A DNA stretch of 63,712 nucleotides from Pseudobdellovibrionaceae bacterium (GCA_025354795.1 JANXMF010000224.1:1-63712); one strand, 5' to 3'. Positions 55,188-63,712 are shown, counted from the first letter of the stretch. Numbers and translations: made by a program. The notes: generated by a model from the letters alone, not told the origin.

Positions 55188-55544
55188 TTACTCGTAGTTC
55201 TTAATTTTATCCCAGGCCACCTTATGGCATTTAAAATACTCGACGGGAATCTCGGTGCCGACGGGAATCGAGTCATGCCCGCCCCCAGCGCTGAGATTAA
55301 ATGTAGTGGCGCCGACGTTGAAACCCTTGGCCGCAACATCGTTGCGGAGGTCTTCTAAAATCGTGGTGCGCGAGGCGTTTTTGGACTGCTCGGGAGTTTT
55401 GAATACGCCTTTTCCCCAAGGATAGCAGCGGGCGGCGTCGATCTGGTCGCGCTTGGCAATCTTGACCTCGCGAGCTTCGGGGGTCAGCGTGGAGCTGGCG
55501 CAGCCAGAGAGCGCGAGTAAGGCCATCAAACATAGTCTTTTCAT
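55188..55544 (-). CDS. lipoprotein, hypothetical
   Basis: MKRLCLMALLALSGC is a lipobox signal. Confidence 0.6.
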   Translation of the reverse strand: MKRLCLMALLALSGCASSTLTPEAREVKIAKRDQIDAARCYPWGKGVFKTPEQSKNASRTTILEDLRNDVAAKGFNVGATTFNLSAGGGHDSIPVGTEIPVEYFKCHKVAWDKIKNYE

Positions 55545-55611
55545 TTAGTCACCCTTTTGAAAAAAGGGACTATAAGCGAGGCTCATCCTTTAGCCAAGCC
55601 TAAACGCAGAC

Positions 55612-58161
55612 CTATTTTAAAACCTTGGCGTTTTCCACCACCCAACGGCCGATTTCCTTCGGCAGCTTGGCGACATTCAGTTTGTCCAAGCTGGCGCCGA
55701 CGGCGCTGGTCAGGATCTGAGTGAGATCGTCCTTTAACGCGGCCCTCTCGGCCGAAGCCCAAGCCAGGTCTTCACTGCGGGCGTCCGCAAGAAGGCCTCG
55801 GGCCAAGATACGCTCTTCGGTTGAGTAGGCAAACTTCGGCAATTGCACGTTCTTGATCACGGTCTTCGGTGCGCCGGCCGAAGTGTCAGGGTTAGGAATT
55901 TCTACGTCGCCGATGATCACGTCTTTGCCGATCGTCAATACCACTTCGCGCGCCCTAGTCGTCAGATAGGTAACTAGATCGTCTGCAGTGGGGCTTGCGA
56001 CAAATTTAAGATCTTTGAGCGATTCACCCGCAAGAGCCTTTAGTTCTTGTTTGCGATACTCGGTCGCAAACCGCTCAAGAAAAGTACGGGCGTTGGCTGT
56101 GATCACTTTCACTTCATCGTCATTCAGCGTGAATACCTTTTCGCTGCTGCCGACGCCATTGCGATACACCGTCTGCGCGAGCAGCTCTAGTGTGGTGATG
56201 GTCTGTTCCACAAAGTCATCCGCGAGGGGCGCGAATATCTTTTGATATCCGCCCAAGCGTTTGACTTCGTCACTAAGGTATTTGAGTTGCGCCGCAAGCA
56301 CCGGTTCCGTGTTGAACTCAGAAACGACCGGGCTTTGCCGCTGAATCGCCAAAATGGCGCCGGACGCGGTGAGCTGGCGGAGATAAGTGGTGCGCCATTT
56401 CAGCATTTTTGCAGCCATGACAGTGGGACTGGGCAGGGCCACCTCTTCCACGGGCCTAATCTCTTCGCCCGCCATGGGAGTCTTAGCTACGATGTAAGTT
56501 TCAAGCAGTCTTGAGGCCAGGGTTCGTAAGCTTTCAGCTGCTAGGTAACTGTCGGACTCTAAAGGCGAAGCTCCGACATCAAAGGATGCGCAATCGTAAT
56601 AGCGAAAGATTTTTGCATCGGTGCAGAAGAGCGGCCATTGCTCACGGGGTATTTTCGCATCCTTGTATAGGTAGGCGATGGACTTTTGATCGTAACTAAG
56701 AACGGTTCCGGATTTTAGCTGATCGCCGAGCATAAAATCTTCTTCGGCGAGCAGATAGTCCATGACCGTGCTTGAAATCGCTAAGCTGGCAGGGGCGGCC
56801 TTGGTGGTGAAATAGGCCGCCACTAAGCTATTGCGATCATTCACAGAATAGTTTCCAACCAATGAGCCCGCGAAGTTGTGCCGCAGCCCAAGCGTGTGGC
56901 CGACTTCGTGTGCCGTCACCGATCGAATGTAGTCTTGTGCCGCCTTGAGTACCGTGGCGTCGTCTATGTCGGACGAAAGGAGCGATTCAATGGACGTCGC
57001 AGATTGTTGGTTCGACAAGTGATCACAAAGCGACTCTTGTTCAAAGCCGGCCAAGCGCACCGCGGACCTTTTGAGCGTGCGTACGGAACGCAATTTGCGC
57101 GCCATCATGCGGGCGCTGGCTTTGCCAATAAAAGCGAACGCACTGGTTAAGAACACTTGCGCATGCATGAGTTCGCCTGTGCGTGGGTCGGCCTGAATAT
57201 CCGCGTAGGCAAAGCCCGCGGTGTCAAACGGCACCCACTGTACGATATTGTAATCGGGATGGGGCGCCGAGACTCCCTTGGGCGCATCCACTACAGTGAT
57301 TAAGTCACTTCCCGCTACTTTATTCCAATAAAGAATCCCTTCACGAACCGCATCGCGAAATTCGGGCGGAGTGTTTGAGGAGATTGCATAAACGATAGGG
57401 CCCTTGGGATTCCAGCGCGTGGTAAAAATATCGTTGGTACCGGCGGTGTTTTGCATGGGCGTTGTTTCGAAAAATCCGAAGCGCTCAAGATTTCCCGTGG
57501 AACGCAGAGCTGGATAAGCGGAGTCGGGCGCATACGGCGATAGATAGTACCGCACTTCTAGCGGCATTATACCGTCATCCACTCTCTGCTGCGCGATCTG
57601 ACGAATAAAAACGCGATTGTTATTATCGACGCCGGCGCTTTCCAAATAGCTTTTTTGTAGGTCTAGGGCACGGAAATTTTCCTCCGGATCGTAGTTTCTG
57701 CCTTGGAGGTCGGGGGCGTTCAGATCGCGGGCCATGAACAGATGGGACATGCCTTCGTTGAAATCAAAGGTTATGGATTTCTTGTCACTGCTCACTACTG
57801 GAAATTCCGCGAGCAGAATGGTCGAGGGCAAATCGGTCGTGACGACGTGGCCCGTGGAGGTTTCGAGTAAATAAAGGCGGGCCCCGCGTTCGCGAAACGC
57901 CACAATGCGGCTTTTCAAGTTGGAACTCATCGCCGCCGTGGTTTGGCCGATGATCTCGCCTTGCAACAGAAATTCTTTTTCCAGCGCCTTGCGCTCGAGG
58001 ATGAGGTGAAAGGAAGCATCTGAGCTTAGCGTCCTGGTCGGGACCACACTAAAGGATTCGCGAACGTTCGGCGCAGCTTGTACGTTGTTGTTTTTGGCTT
58101 TCATGCCATTTTGACAGGCGACGGTGCAAAGCAATAGGGCTGCGCTTAAATAATATTTCAT
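55612..58161 (-). CDS. zinc metalloprotease lipoprotein (met-zincin, HEXXH)
   Basis: GGGAGGGG RBS. Signal and lipobox MKYYLSAALLLCTVAC. Active site VTAHEVGHTLGLRHNF. Confidence 0.8.
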   Translation of the reverse strand: MKYYLSAALLLCTVACQNGMKAKNNNVQAAPNVRESFSVVPTRTLSSDASFHLILERKALEKEFLLQGEIIGQTTAAMSSNLKSRIVAFRERGARLYLLETSTGHVVTTDLPSTILLAEFPVVSSDKKSITFDFNEGMSHLFMARDLNAPDLQGRNYDPEENFRALDLQKSYLESAGVDNNNRVFIRQIAQQRVDDGIMPLEVRYYLSPYAPDSAYPALRSTGNLERFGFFETTPMQNTAGTNDIFTTRWNPKGPIVYAISSNTPPEFRDAVREGILYWNKVAGSDLITVVDAPKGVSAPHPDYNIVQWVPFDTAGFAYADIQADPRTGELMHAQVFLTSAFAFIGKASARMMARKLRSVRTLKRSAVRLAGFEQESLCDHLSNQQSATSIESLLSSDIDDATVLKAAQDYIRSVTAHEVGHTLGLRHNFAGSLVGNYSVNDRNSLVAAYFTTKAAPASLAISSTVMDYLLAEEDFMLGDQLKSGTVLSYDQKSIAYLYKDAKIPREQWPLFCTDAKIFRYYDCASFDVGASPLESDSYLAAESLRTLASRLLETYIVAKTPMAGEEIRPVEEVALPSPTVMAAKMLKWRTTYLRQLTASGAILAIQRQSPVVSEFNTEPVLAAQLKYLSDEVKRLGGYQKIFAPLADDFVEQTITTLELLAQTVYRNGVGSSEKVFTLNDDEVKVITANARTFLERFATEYRKQELKALAGESLKDLKFVASPTADDLVTYLTTRAREVVLTIGKDVIIGDVEIPNPDTSAGAPKTVIKNVQLPKFAYSTEERILARGLLADARSEDLAWASAERAALKDDLTQILTSAVGASLDKLNVAKLPKEIGRWVVENAKVLK

Positions 58162-58559
58162 TTCCACCCCTCCCAGAGCACGCGCAGTTAAATCATCGGA
58201 TGTTGTCTTTGTCATGCATTTCCGACAACTCGAAGTAGTATGCATTTTTTGTAATAAAAATCGTGAATGTGAGCCATTAGGATCTTCATTTCTGCGCCCG
58301 GACTAAACTACCTTTATCTTAAAAATCGCGGCTGGATGTAGTTCGGAAACTGATAGTCTTAGCTTTACTTTGACGGCCACTCCCGTTCATACGTTGGGGG
58401 CAAGTGGTGTACGAGTACTAGTCTTTTAAACCAGGCCCGCGAACTGGAGTATTAGGCGCTGCAGTCTGAGCCAACGCATCAAATAGCACGAGTTTTATTT
58501 CTATTGACCCTGTAGAAGTCATGGTCTTCCATATTCCAGTGTACTCCGGGGGGAAGCTC

Positions 58560-59525
58560 ATGAAAAAACACATCTATGGTTGGTGCTTGATTTCTCTGTC
58601 CGTGCTTGGCTGTCAAAGGCCGAGCGATTTTCTTTACGATTCCCACCCGGCGAAACATGTTGATTACAAGCACAGACTGAAGGAAATGACTAGCAACGCC
58701 GATCTCGACATCCTCTGGGTCATCGACAACAGCGGCAGTATGTCCGCTCATCAACGAACCGTTATTGCCAACATCGATCAATTTATCGATGGCTTGGTGC
58801 AAGGAACGGCGCTCCGCTGGCGCACGGCAATGATTTCGACCACACGCTTTCAGGCCCCTTTTATCGGCTTAAAGCCTGGCGATGAGGCGGATTACACGAT
58901 GGTCAGTGTCAACGACCGCTTTAAAAGGGCCGTCCAACGGTTGGGACTGGCCGGCGACGGAACTGAAAAAATGTTTGACCCAGTGATTGACGCGTTAACC
59001 ACCTATCCGAAGTTTGTCCGGCCCAATGCCTGGCTAGCAATTATTGTGGTGAGCGATGCGCCCGAACAGAGCCCGATGAGCACGGATTTGTTTGTGCAAA
59101 ATCTGATCAAGATCAAGAACGGCAAGAAAGATAAAATTTTGTTTTACGGTTTTCTCAATCCCAGTGATTGGTGTCCGGTCACCGATTCAGCCTTCGTCTG
59201 GATGGCAAGCAAGTTTGAAATGTTGCTCAGACAAATCGCTGGTGGTGCTTACAAACTTTGCGATCCGGTCTTTGGCAAAAACCTTGCGAACTTGGGCGCC
59301 AATCTGGCCAGCGTGGTGGTCACACCGCGGATGGTGCTCAAGGACCAACCTATTCCCGCGAGCATTCGCGTTTATTACAAAGATCGAGAGCTTCGAGGCG
59401 GCAAGGGTGGCGACTGGGAATATAGCTCCAATTGGAATGCGATTTTGTTTACCGATCTCACATTTGCTCCGGGTAATGATGAATCGGTTCGCATCGTCTA
59501 TGATGTTGAAGACGGAATTCATTAG
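58560..59525 (+). CDS. von Willebrand factor A-domain lipoprotein
   Basis: Signal and lipobox MKKHIYGWCLISLSVLGC. MIDAS motif DILWVIDNSGSMS. Confidence 0.75.
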   Translation: MKKHIYGWCLISLSVLGCQRPSDFLYDSHPAKHVDYKHRLKEMTSNADLDILWVIDNSGSMSAHQRTVIANIDQFIDGLVQGTALRWRTAMISTTRFQAPFIGLKPGDEADYTMVSVNDRFKRAVQRLGLAGDGTEKMFDPVIDALTTYPKFVRPNAWLAIIVVSDAPEQSPMSTDLFVQNLIKIKNGKKDKILFYGFLNPSDWCPVTDSAFVWMASKFEMLLRQIAGGAYKLCDPVFGKNLANLGANLASVVVTPRMVLKDQPIPASIRVYYKDRELRGGKGGDWEYSSNWNAILFTDLTFAPGNDESVRIVYDVEDGIH

Positions 59526-60099
59526 CAGGCTGCGAGGGCGTATCCATAAGTGTCCGTGCGCAGAGATGGTAAACTGGGAACGCCAACGGGTGAAATTCTA
59601 CGTGCAACCTTTCGTGCGCAAAACTCTATCGGCGTGTGCCGAAAGCGTGCCACCTTCCCTGCTGCAAAGCGAGGTGCTGGCGTTGGCGGGCAGGCCTTGG
59701 GCTATTACTAAATCTGTTTATCAAGTTTTGGCGCAAGAGAGCAAATACGCGGCGTGGGTGGCGGCCTTTGGTTTTCGTCCGAATCATTTTACCGTGAGTG
59801 TAAACGCCCTTAGAAATTTTGCCGACTTGAGGCAAGTCAACGCTTTGCTCGAAGCCAACGGTCATGTGGTCAATAGCTCCGGCGGAAAGATAAAAGGCTC
59901 TGCCGCGGTTTACCTTGAGCAGAGTTCCACTATGGCCGAGGAAATTTCAGTCGAATTTGAAGACGGTAGATTGCGCATCCCGGGTTGTTACTATGAGTTT
60001 CCGAAAAGATACAAATTGGCGAATGGCAATATCTATCACGGCTTTGTGACGGCTTCGGCCAATAGGATTTTCGCAAGCACCTTTAGCAGAGCCGCATAA
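59500..60099 (+). CDS. short protein resembling the C-terminal part of DUF1338 (HglS/YdcJ-type) enzymes; start uncertain (ATG at 59500, 59503 or 59566)
   Basis: FGFRPNHFTVSVN, LEQSSTMAEE, CYYEFPKRY, GFVTASANRIFAST. The upstream part of the 311-aa ORF lies inside the vWA gene and is rejected. Confidence 0.35.
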   Translation: MMLKTEFISRLRGRIHKCPCAEMVNWERQRVKFYVQPFVRKTLSACAESVPPSLLQSEVLALAGRPWAITKSVYQVLAQESKYAAWVAAFGFRPNHFTVSVNALRNFADLRQVNALLEANGHVVNSSGGKIKGSAAVYLEQSSTMAEEISVEFEDGRLRIPGCYYEFPKRYKLANGNIYHGFVTASANRIFASTFSRAA

Positions 60100-60214
60100 T
60101 CCGGGCTATAGGTCGTGGCTGCGCGGGCGATTTTACTGGATGTTAGGCTAGACTGACCTTGTACGACTTACAAAGATGCCTCTCAATCCCTCAGTATAGA
60201 GGGAAGAGGTGAAT

Positions 60215-60664
60215 ATGAGGTCACAAGAGTCTCCCCGCCGCAAGCGATTGGTGATTGATCCACATTTTCAAGCCGTGTTTGCGCTCTATGCGGTGATTAC
60301 CACGGTGGTTATGGTTCCGGTTTTTCTCGCCGCGAACTCCTACTTTTTTAGTCTTTTTGCGAGTAAGGCGGAGGCCATGGGTTTGCCCCAGGATGCGGAG
60401 TTACTTAATTTTGTCCAGCGCCAGCAAACATTGATGATCGTGGTATTTATTTGCGCCACCATATTGGCGATTGTCATCAACGTCATTGCCTCCTACATTT
60501 TTTCCAATCGGATCGCAGGCTCGATGTTCCGTCTCAAAGCGGCATTGAGTCAAGCGAAGGATTTCGAATCTGCGAAGAAAATCAATCCACGCAAATTCGA
60601 TTTTTTCCAGGACGTGACGGAGGCTTACAATCAGCTGCTCGATCGCTCAGGTGCTCCACGCTAG
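60215..60664 (+). CDS. two-TM membrane protein with HAMP-like C-terminal helix
   Basis: RBS GGGAAGAGG. TM segments FALYAVITTVVMVPVFLAA and LMIVVFICATILAIVINVIASYIF, followed by an amphipathic helix. Confidence 0.5.
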   Translation: MRSQESPRRKRLVIDPHFQAVFALYAVITTVVMVPVFLAANSYFFSLFASKAEAMGLPQDAELLNFVQRQQTLMIVVFICATILAIVINVIASYIFSNRIAGSMFRLKAALSQAKDFESAKKINPRKFDFFQDVTEAYNQLLDRSGAPR

Positions 60665-60693
60665 GCTCAGCATGATCGCTGGCAGTTAAACAA

Positions 60694-60993
60694 CTATTGG
60701 CGCGAACGATTTGAAGATTCGTTTCTTTCACTACGTGCGCGGCCGCCTTCGGCTCCAATTTCGGCCATATGCTCACGATCTTGGCTGACGGCTTCGCCGC
60801 CTTTTCTGCCGGCCTCAGCAGCTTCCTGGGAATTAAATTCATGCGCGACGCCTTGCTCATGAGCGGCTTTTCCGCCCTTGCTGGCAATTTCGCGCTGTTT
60901 TTCTTGGTCCATTGAAGCAAAACCGCGATTGCTGGTATTGCTTCGACCCGATTGGCCCGATGAATTTGACTGGTCAGATGTCTGATTAGCCAT
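60694..60993 (-). CDS. KGG-repeat general stress protein (YciG/GsiB-like)
   Basis: GGAGGAAGT RBS. Repeats GFASMDQEKQREIASKGGKA and EAGRKGGEA. Confidence 0.8.
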   Translation of the reverse strand: MANQTSDQSNSSGQSGRSNTSNRGFASMDQEKQREIASKGGKAAHEQGVAHEFNSQEAAEAGRKGGEAVSQDREHMAEIGAEGGRARSERNESSNRSRQ

Positions 60994-61012
60994 ACTTCCT
61001 CCTGTTTAGTTG

Positions 61013-61171
61013 TTAATTGTTCTTATGACTCTGCTTACCGGCTTCACGATGCTGTTCGCTTGAACCGCCACGAGTGGCGCTACTAGATGAACCTTTACCG
61101 CCCGAAGACTTATTGCTTTCGCTCGACGTCTTCGACTGCTTGGAATTATTTCCGGACTGATTGTTAGCCAT
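61013..61171 (-). CDS. small Ser/Lys/Gly-rich hydrophilic protein (52 aa), not in the ORF track
   Basis: The RBS GAGGAGG is followed by TTAAC and then the ATG at 61171. Reads MANNQSGNNSKQSKTSSESNKSSGGKGSSSSATRGGSSEQHREAGKQSHKNN. Confidence 0.5.
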   Translation of the reverse strand: MANNQSGNNSKQSKTSSESNKSSGGKGSSSSATRGGSSEQHREAGKQSHKNN

Positions 61172-61701
61172 GTTAACCTCCTCAGGTTATTGAGTTACAG
61201 TACAGGAGTGCAAGGTTGCATATCATATGCCATGTGCTTAGTTATGTTTAGACGTGGATCAACTGATTTTGTTAACGATACGGCGGTATTCCTCGAGGAG
61301 GAAAGCATCGTGCACGGGCAGAAACGGAACTCTCCCAGCTCCTGAAGCTGCTGACCGCTCAGGAGTTTCCGATATGCCGCCACGGCTTCTGCACTTGCCG
61401 TCAGCGCGTAGGTTCGATGAAACCCATGCCTGATAAGCCTGGAAAAGTTTGCACCATCAGGTTGAAACTGATGTCCGAGCTGGTGACGACCGTACGACAC
61501 CTCTGAATGGTGTCGGAGTGATCGGTATTCAAGCCGACGTCCCTAAAACATTGTATTGAATAATCTCGGTCTCGCCTTAAGGCTTTAATTTCTCAAGGTA
61601 AAACAATTCGTTAGAGCAAAGCAAAAGTAAAAGCGCTGGCCATTCGGTAAGGCCTAGCCCGCTAATCGCCGCGTCTCCTTAGCAAATAACAACTATCAAG
61701 A

Positions 61702-61730
61702 AAAGCCCGAGTGGACCTCGGGCTTTTCCT
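61702..61730. terminator. strong stem-loop with flanking A- and T-runs (orphan terminator at island edge)
   Basis: GCCCGAG (61705-61711) pairs with CTCGGGC (61717-61723) around a 5-nt loop. The stem extends by A/T pairs and is followed by TTTTCCTTTTT. Confidence 0.6.
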
Positions 61731-61748
61731 TTTTAACGGGCGGATTTT

Positions 61749-62166
61749 ATGGAACCAGATAAAAAACGACGCACCGCATGCTATGCGCGCGTATCGACAA
61801 GGCAGGGGCCTGGATGCGCAGGTCAGGGCGCTTAGAATTTTTTGCGAACAAAATGGAATAGGAAATTGGGAGTTATACGTGGACGAGAACCAGTCGGGGA
61901 CAAAGGTTTCGCGCCCAGCGCTCGACCGAATGATGGCGGTGGTAGTGGCGGGCGAGATTGATACCGTTGTTGTTTTTGCGTTTTCAAGATACGCTCGTTC
62001 TGTCTCGCATATGCTTAAAGGCCTTGAGACTATGCGGGCGAATAAGTGTGGTTTTGTCTCGTTGACGGAGAAAATAGATCTGAATACGAGCCTTGGCCAT
62101 GTTGTAGGAGCATTGCGAAAGTGGCGGCTTGCTCTCATGGAAGTGAGTCGGCGCAAAAGAAGGTAA
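61749..62166 (+). pseudogene. serine recombinase (resolvase/invertase family), frameshifted
   Basis: The ATG at 61749 gives MEPDKKRRTACYARVSTRQG, which includes the catalytic Ser context, then a premature stop at 61833. The +1 frame continues GLDAQVRALRIFCEQNG...DENQSGTKVSRPALDRMM...VVVFAFSRYARS...FVSLTEKIDLNTSLG. The shift is at the G4 run 61805-61808. The C-terminal region is also out of frame. Confidence 0.7.
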
Positions 62167-62241
62167 TCCGACATTGGAGCCGTAGAGAGCGGCGGGGCGA
62201 GTATCAAAAGCGCGGTAATCTTCAAGGCCAAGGGACCAGTG

Positions 62242-62709
62242 ATGGCAAAGCAGTTGTTAAGACTTTATCTCGATACATCCGTTTACAGTGGAGTTTTTAA
62301 TCCTGGCTTTGCTAGCGACTCAAAGCGTTTGGTAGACGCGATTCACGCCAAAAAATGTGAGGTGCTCATCAGTGACATGGTGATCGCCGAAATTGATCGG
62401 GCACCCAAGCATATTCAAGACCTAGTGGCGGGAATTCCTCGCTCTCAAGTGATCCCATTATCGTTCAGTGCCGAAGTTGAGCGTCTTAGCCAAGAGTATT
62501 TGGCGCGCAAAATCCTAACCAGCCGCTCCGAAAACGATGCGGCCCACGTCGCGTTCGCCACTGTGTTTAGGGCGGACGCGATCGTTTCGTGGAATTTTAG
62601 AGATATTGTTCGCCTCGATAAAATGAAGAAATACAATCAGGTCAATTTTTCTCTTGGCTACGGAGTTCTCACAATTATTTCGCCAAAAGAGGTAGCTTTC
62701 GATGAATAA
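62242..62709 (+). CDS. PIN-domain protein (VapC-like toxin candidate)
   Basis: Acidic residues in the expected order: LYLDTSV, VIAEIDR, NDAAHVAFA, SWNFRDIV. Confidence 0.6.
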   Translation: MAKQLLRLYLDTSVYSGVFNPGFASDSKRLVDAIHAKKCEVLISDMVIAEIDRAPKHIQDLVAGIPRSQVIPLSFSAEVERLSQEYLARKILTSRSENDAAHVAFATVFRADAIVSWNFRDIVRLDKMKKYNQVNFSLGYGVLTIISPKEVAFDE

Positions 62710-62899
62710 AAAATTTAAAACGAAAATCGTCGATCCGGTGGAGATGAAGAGAGAAATTCAGAGTGAACTTTTTGAAGAAACGAAGGACATGACATCGGAT
62801 GAAAAGCGCGCTTTTTATAAAAAGCGCGCAGAGTCTGGTGCACTTGCGAAGTTCTGGAAAGAGGTTCAGCCGAAGCCTTCGAAAAAGGCCGTTGGGTGA
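62702..62899 (+). CDS. small charged protein coupled to the PIN gene (possible partner/antitoxin)
   Basis: 8-nt overlap with the PIN gene stop. 65 aa, Lys/Glu-rich. Confidence 0.4.
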   Translation: MNKKFKTKIVDPVEMKREIQSELFEETKDMTSDEKRAFYKKRAESGALAKFWKEVQPKPSKKAVG

Positions 62900-63132
62900 A
62901 TGTCCTTAATGTCCCAACCGACTCATTTAGCGGTCGGAGATTCGATAAGGACGTGAGGCCTTGGGGAGGGCGGGGAATCCGATTACATGACAAGCGCCAT
63001 ACGGCGGCAACCTTGATGATCGGGTCGAGATACAAAACCTCCTCAAGAAAAAATGGATCGCAGAAGCACAAGCGAAGGACGACGAAAGAACCCAGCCGGA
63101 GCTGCTTAGGGAACTGGAAAACTGAACCGTAG
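62896..63132 (+). pseudogene. tyrosine recombinase (phage integrase) C-terminal fragment
   Basis: Only the box II-like segment GIRLHDKRHTAATLMI is recognisable. There is no N-terminal or core-binding part, and the downstream reading is frame-broken. Confidence 0.5.
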
Positions 63133-63144
63133 TGCCGGATCAGC

Positions 63145-63411
63145 TCAGACTGTCTTGTTCTCGGCTACCTTATGCCGTGATTTTCCGACCATATAAAGAT
63201 GAAAGAAAAATGCAATAGCCCATTTGACCCAGATAGCCGTCGCCCCATGAGAGTATGCATAAATTCCTGTGGTGATCGCCGTAAACACACCAAGTTGGTG
63301 CAGGTGCACCCGATTCGGCATCACGATAGAAATCAAAAAAGCTGCGGTTGAAATCCAACCGATGGTCTCAACAAACAGAACCTGCCACTCAACCATATGT
63401 ATTTCTCCCAT
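63145..63411 (-). CDS. small three-TM membrane protein, hypothetical
   Basis: Hydrophobic segments TIGWISTAAFLISIV, LGVFTAITTGIYAY and AIWVKWAIAFFFHLYMV. Confidence 0.45.
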   Translation of the reverse strand: MGEIHMVEWQVLFVETIGWISTAAFLISIVMPNRVHLHQLGVFTAITTGIYAYSHGATAIWVKWAIAFFFHLYMVGKSRHKVAENKTV

Positions 63412-63712
63412 TTTGCCGCGGGCGATTTTTAAAAGTGCCTATGCCCCACTGCGACCAGGCCCTGCGCATGCAGAAACTTGCGACCCGCTTCGTTCATGGT
63501 TTGAAAGGAGATCGCTCAAAATTCGTATTCGTTTGATTATAAACGCACTAAAAACGCAGCCGTCAACCGATTGGAAGCGCCGGATTCAAAAGGGACCTTT
63601 TTCACCGGTTTACCGGTCCCATGCGGACCGTGACCTCCGGTTGAGAAGTGGACCTTTTGCCTTTGAATGTGGGACGGCCTCGGCCGTCGGCGATTTTCAC
63701 CGAGCCGATGCC

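Larger units (their letters stand above)
61749..63132. mobile_element. decayed integrative/mobile element remnant (recombinase pseudogene, PIN pair, integrase fragment)
   Basis: Two different recombinase relics flank a toxin-like gene pair. The region looks more AT-rich than the neighbouring operons by eye. Confidence 0.55.

Noticed and set aside
55552-55568. CCCTTTT-GAA-AAAAGGG hairpin as terminator of the metalloprotease gene
   Set aside because: The stem is only 7 bp and A/T-rich, with no trailing T-run on the relevant strand. Evidence is too weak.
59164-59499. First 112 codons of the 311-aa ORF 59164-60099
   Set aside because: This part lies entirely within the vWA gene in another frame and has no DUF1338-like sequence. 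Only the downstream part is retained.
61195-61500. 101-aa ORF on the minus strand
   Set aside because: No RBS, no motifs, and an odd composition. Treated as non-coding or decayed DNA.
62046-62300. 84-aa ORF overlapping the recombinase 3' end and PIN gene start
   Set aside because: This is one of the broken frames of the recombinase C-terminus, not an independent gene.
63412-63712. Possible gene or RNA at the right edge (ORF 63348-63536; open frames on the minus strand to the window end)
   Set aside because: No start, RBS or motif could be established, and no tRNA cloverleaf was found by eye. Too little sequence to call.
1-63712. CRISPR arrays, rRNA, tRNA, retron/DGR or recognisable phage-defence operons
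   Set aside because: I saw no regularly spaced direct repeats, no reverse transcriptase, no Cas-like or restriction-modification-like proteins, and no tRNA-like structures while reading both strands. A covariance-model or HMM scan would be needed to exclude them formally.

Overview
63.7-kb window from a diderm (Gram-negative-type) bacterium with moderately high GC. The taxon cannot be fixed from sequence alone. The many exported hydrolases and a SWIB-domain protein are reminiscent of predatory Bdellovibrio-like organisms, but that is speculation.

Left to right:
1. A His-rich gene start running off the left edge, then a NagF/NagE-like PTS pair (EIIA-HPr-EI fusion plus EIICB).
2. A ~20-kb aryl-polyene/flexirubin/xanthomonadin-type type II FAS-like lipid-pigment cluster (5977-25857). 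It has 3 ketosynthases, 2 truncated KS-like partners, 2 ACPs, a FabG-like reductase, a CrtI-like oxidoreductase, an MIO ammonia-lyase, a flavin halogenase and an AMP-ligase. It also has LolA-like, MMPL and DUF3261 export genes, a C45/Ntn protein, PlsC-like and GT2-LpxL-like acyltransferases, and a NodB deacetylase.
3. Exported hypothetical proteins and small stress proteins.
4. The most unusual locus (30985-36656): a ~790-aa dihaem c-type cytochrome lipoprotein (MauG/CCP/RoxA-like motifs), a P450-like protein carrying a twin-arginine/lipobox signal, and a secreted alpha/beta-hydrolase. No redox partner was recognised in the window. A second dihaem paralogue lies at 52086-54392.
5. A hybrid histidine kinase, an AI-2E transporter and an S1 protease.
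6. A colD-like/gmd/polyprenyl-phosphate GT2/large polytopic membrane protein operon (42600-48037).
7. A secreted HNH nuclease plus phosphoesterase, two frameshifted small exported genes, a lysine-rich SWIB protein, a zinc metalloprotease and a vWA lipoprotein.
8. KGG-type stress proteins and a decayed integrative-element remnant (serine recombinase pseudogene, PIN gene, integrase fragment).

I recognised no rRNA, tRNA or CRISPR array by eye. All functional calls rest on motifs read from the translations; no database search was possible.
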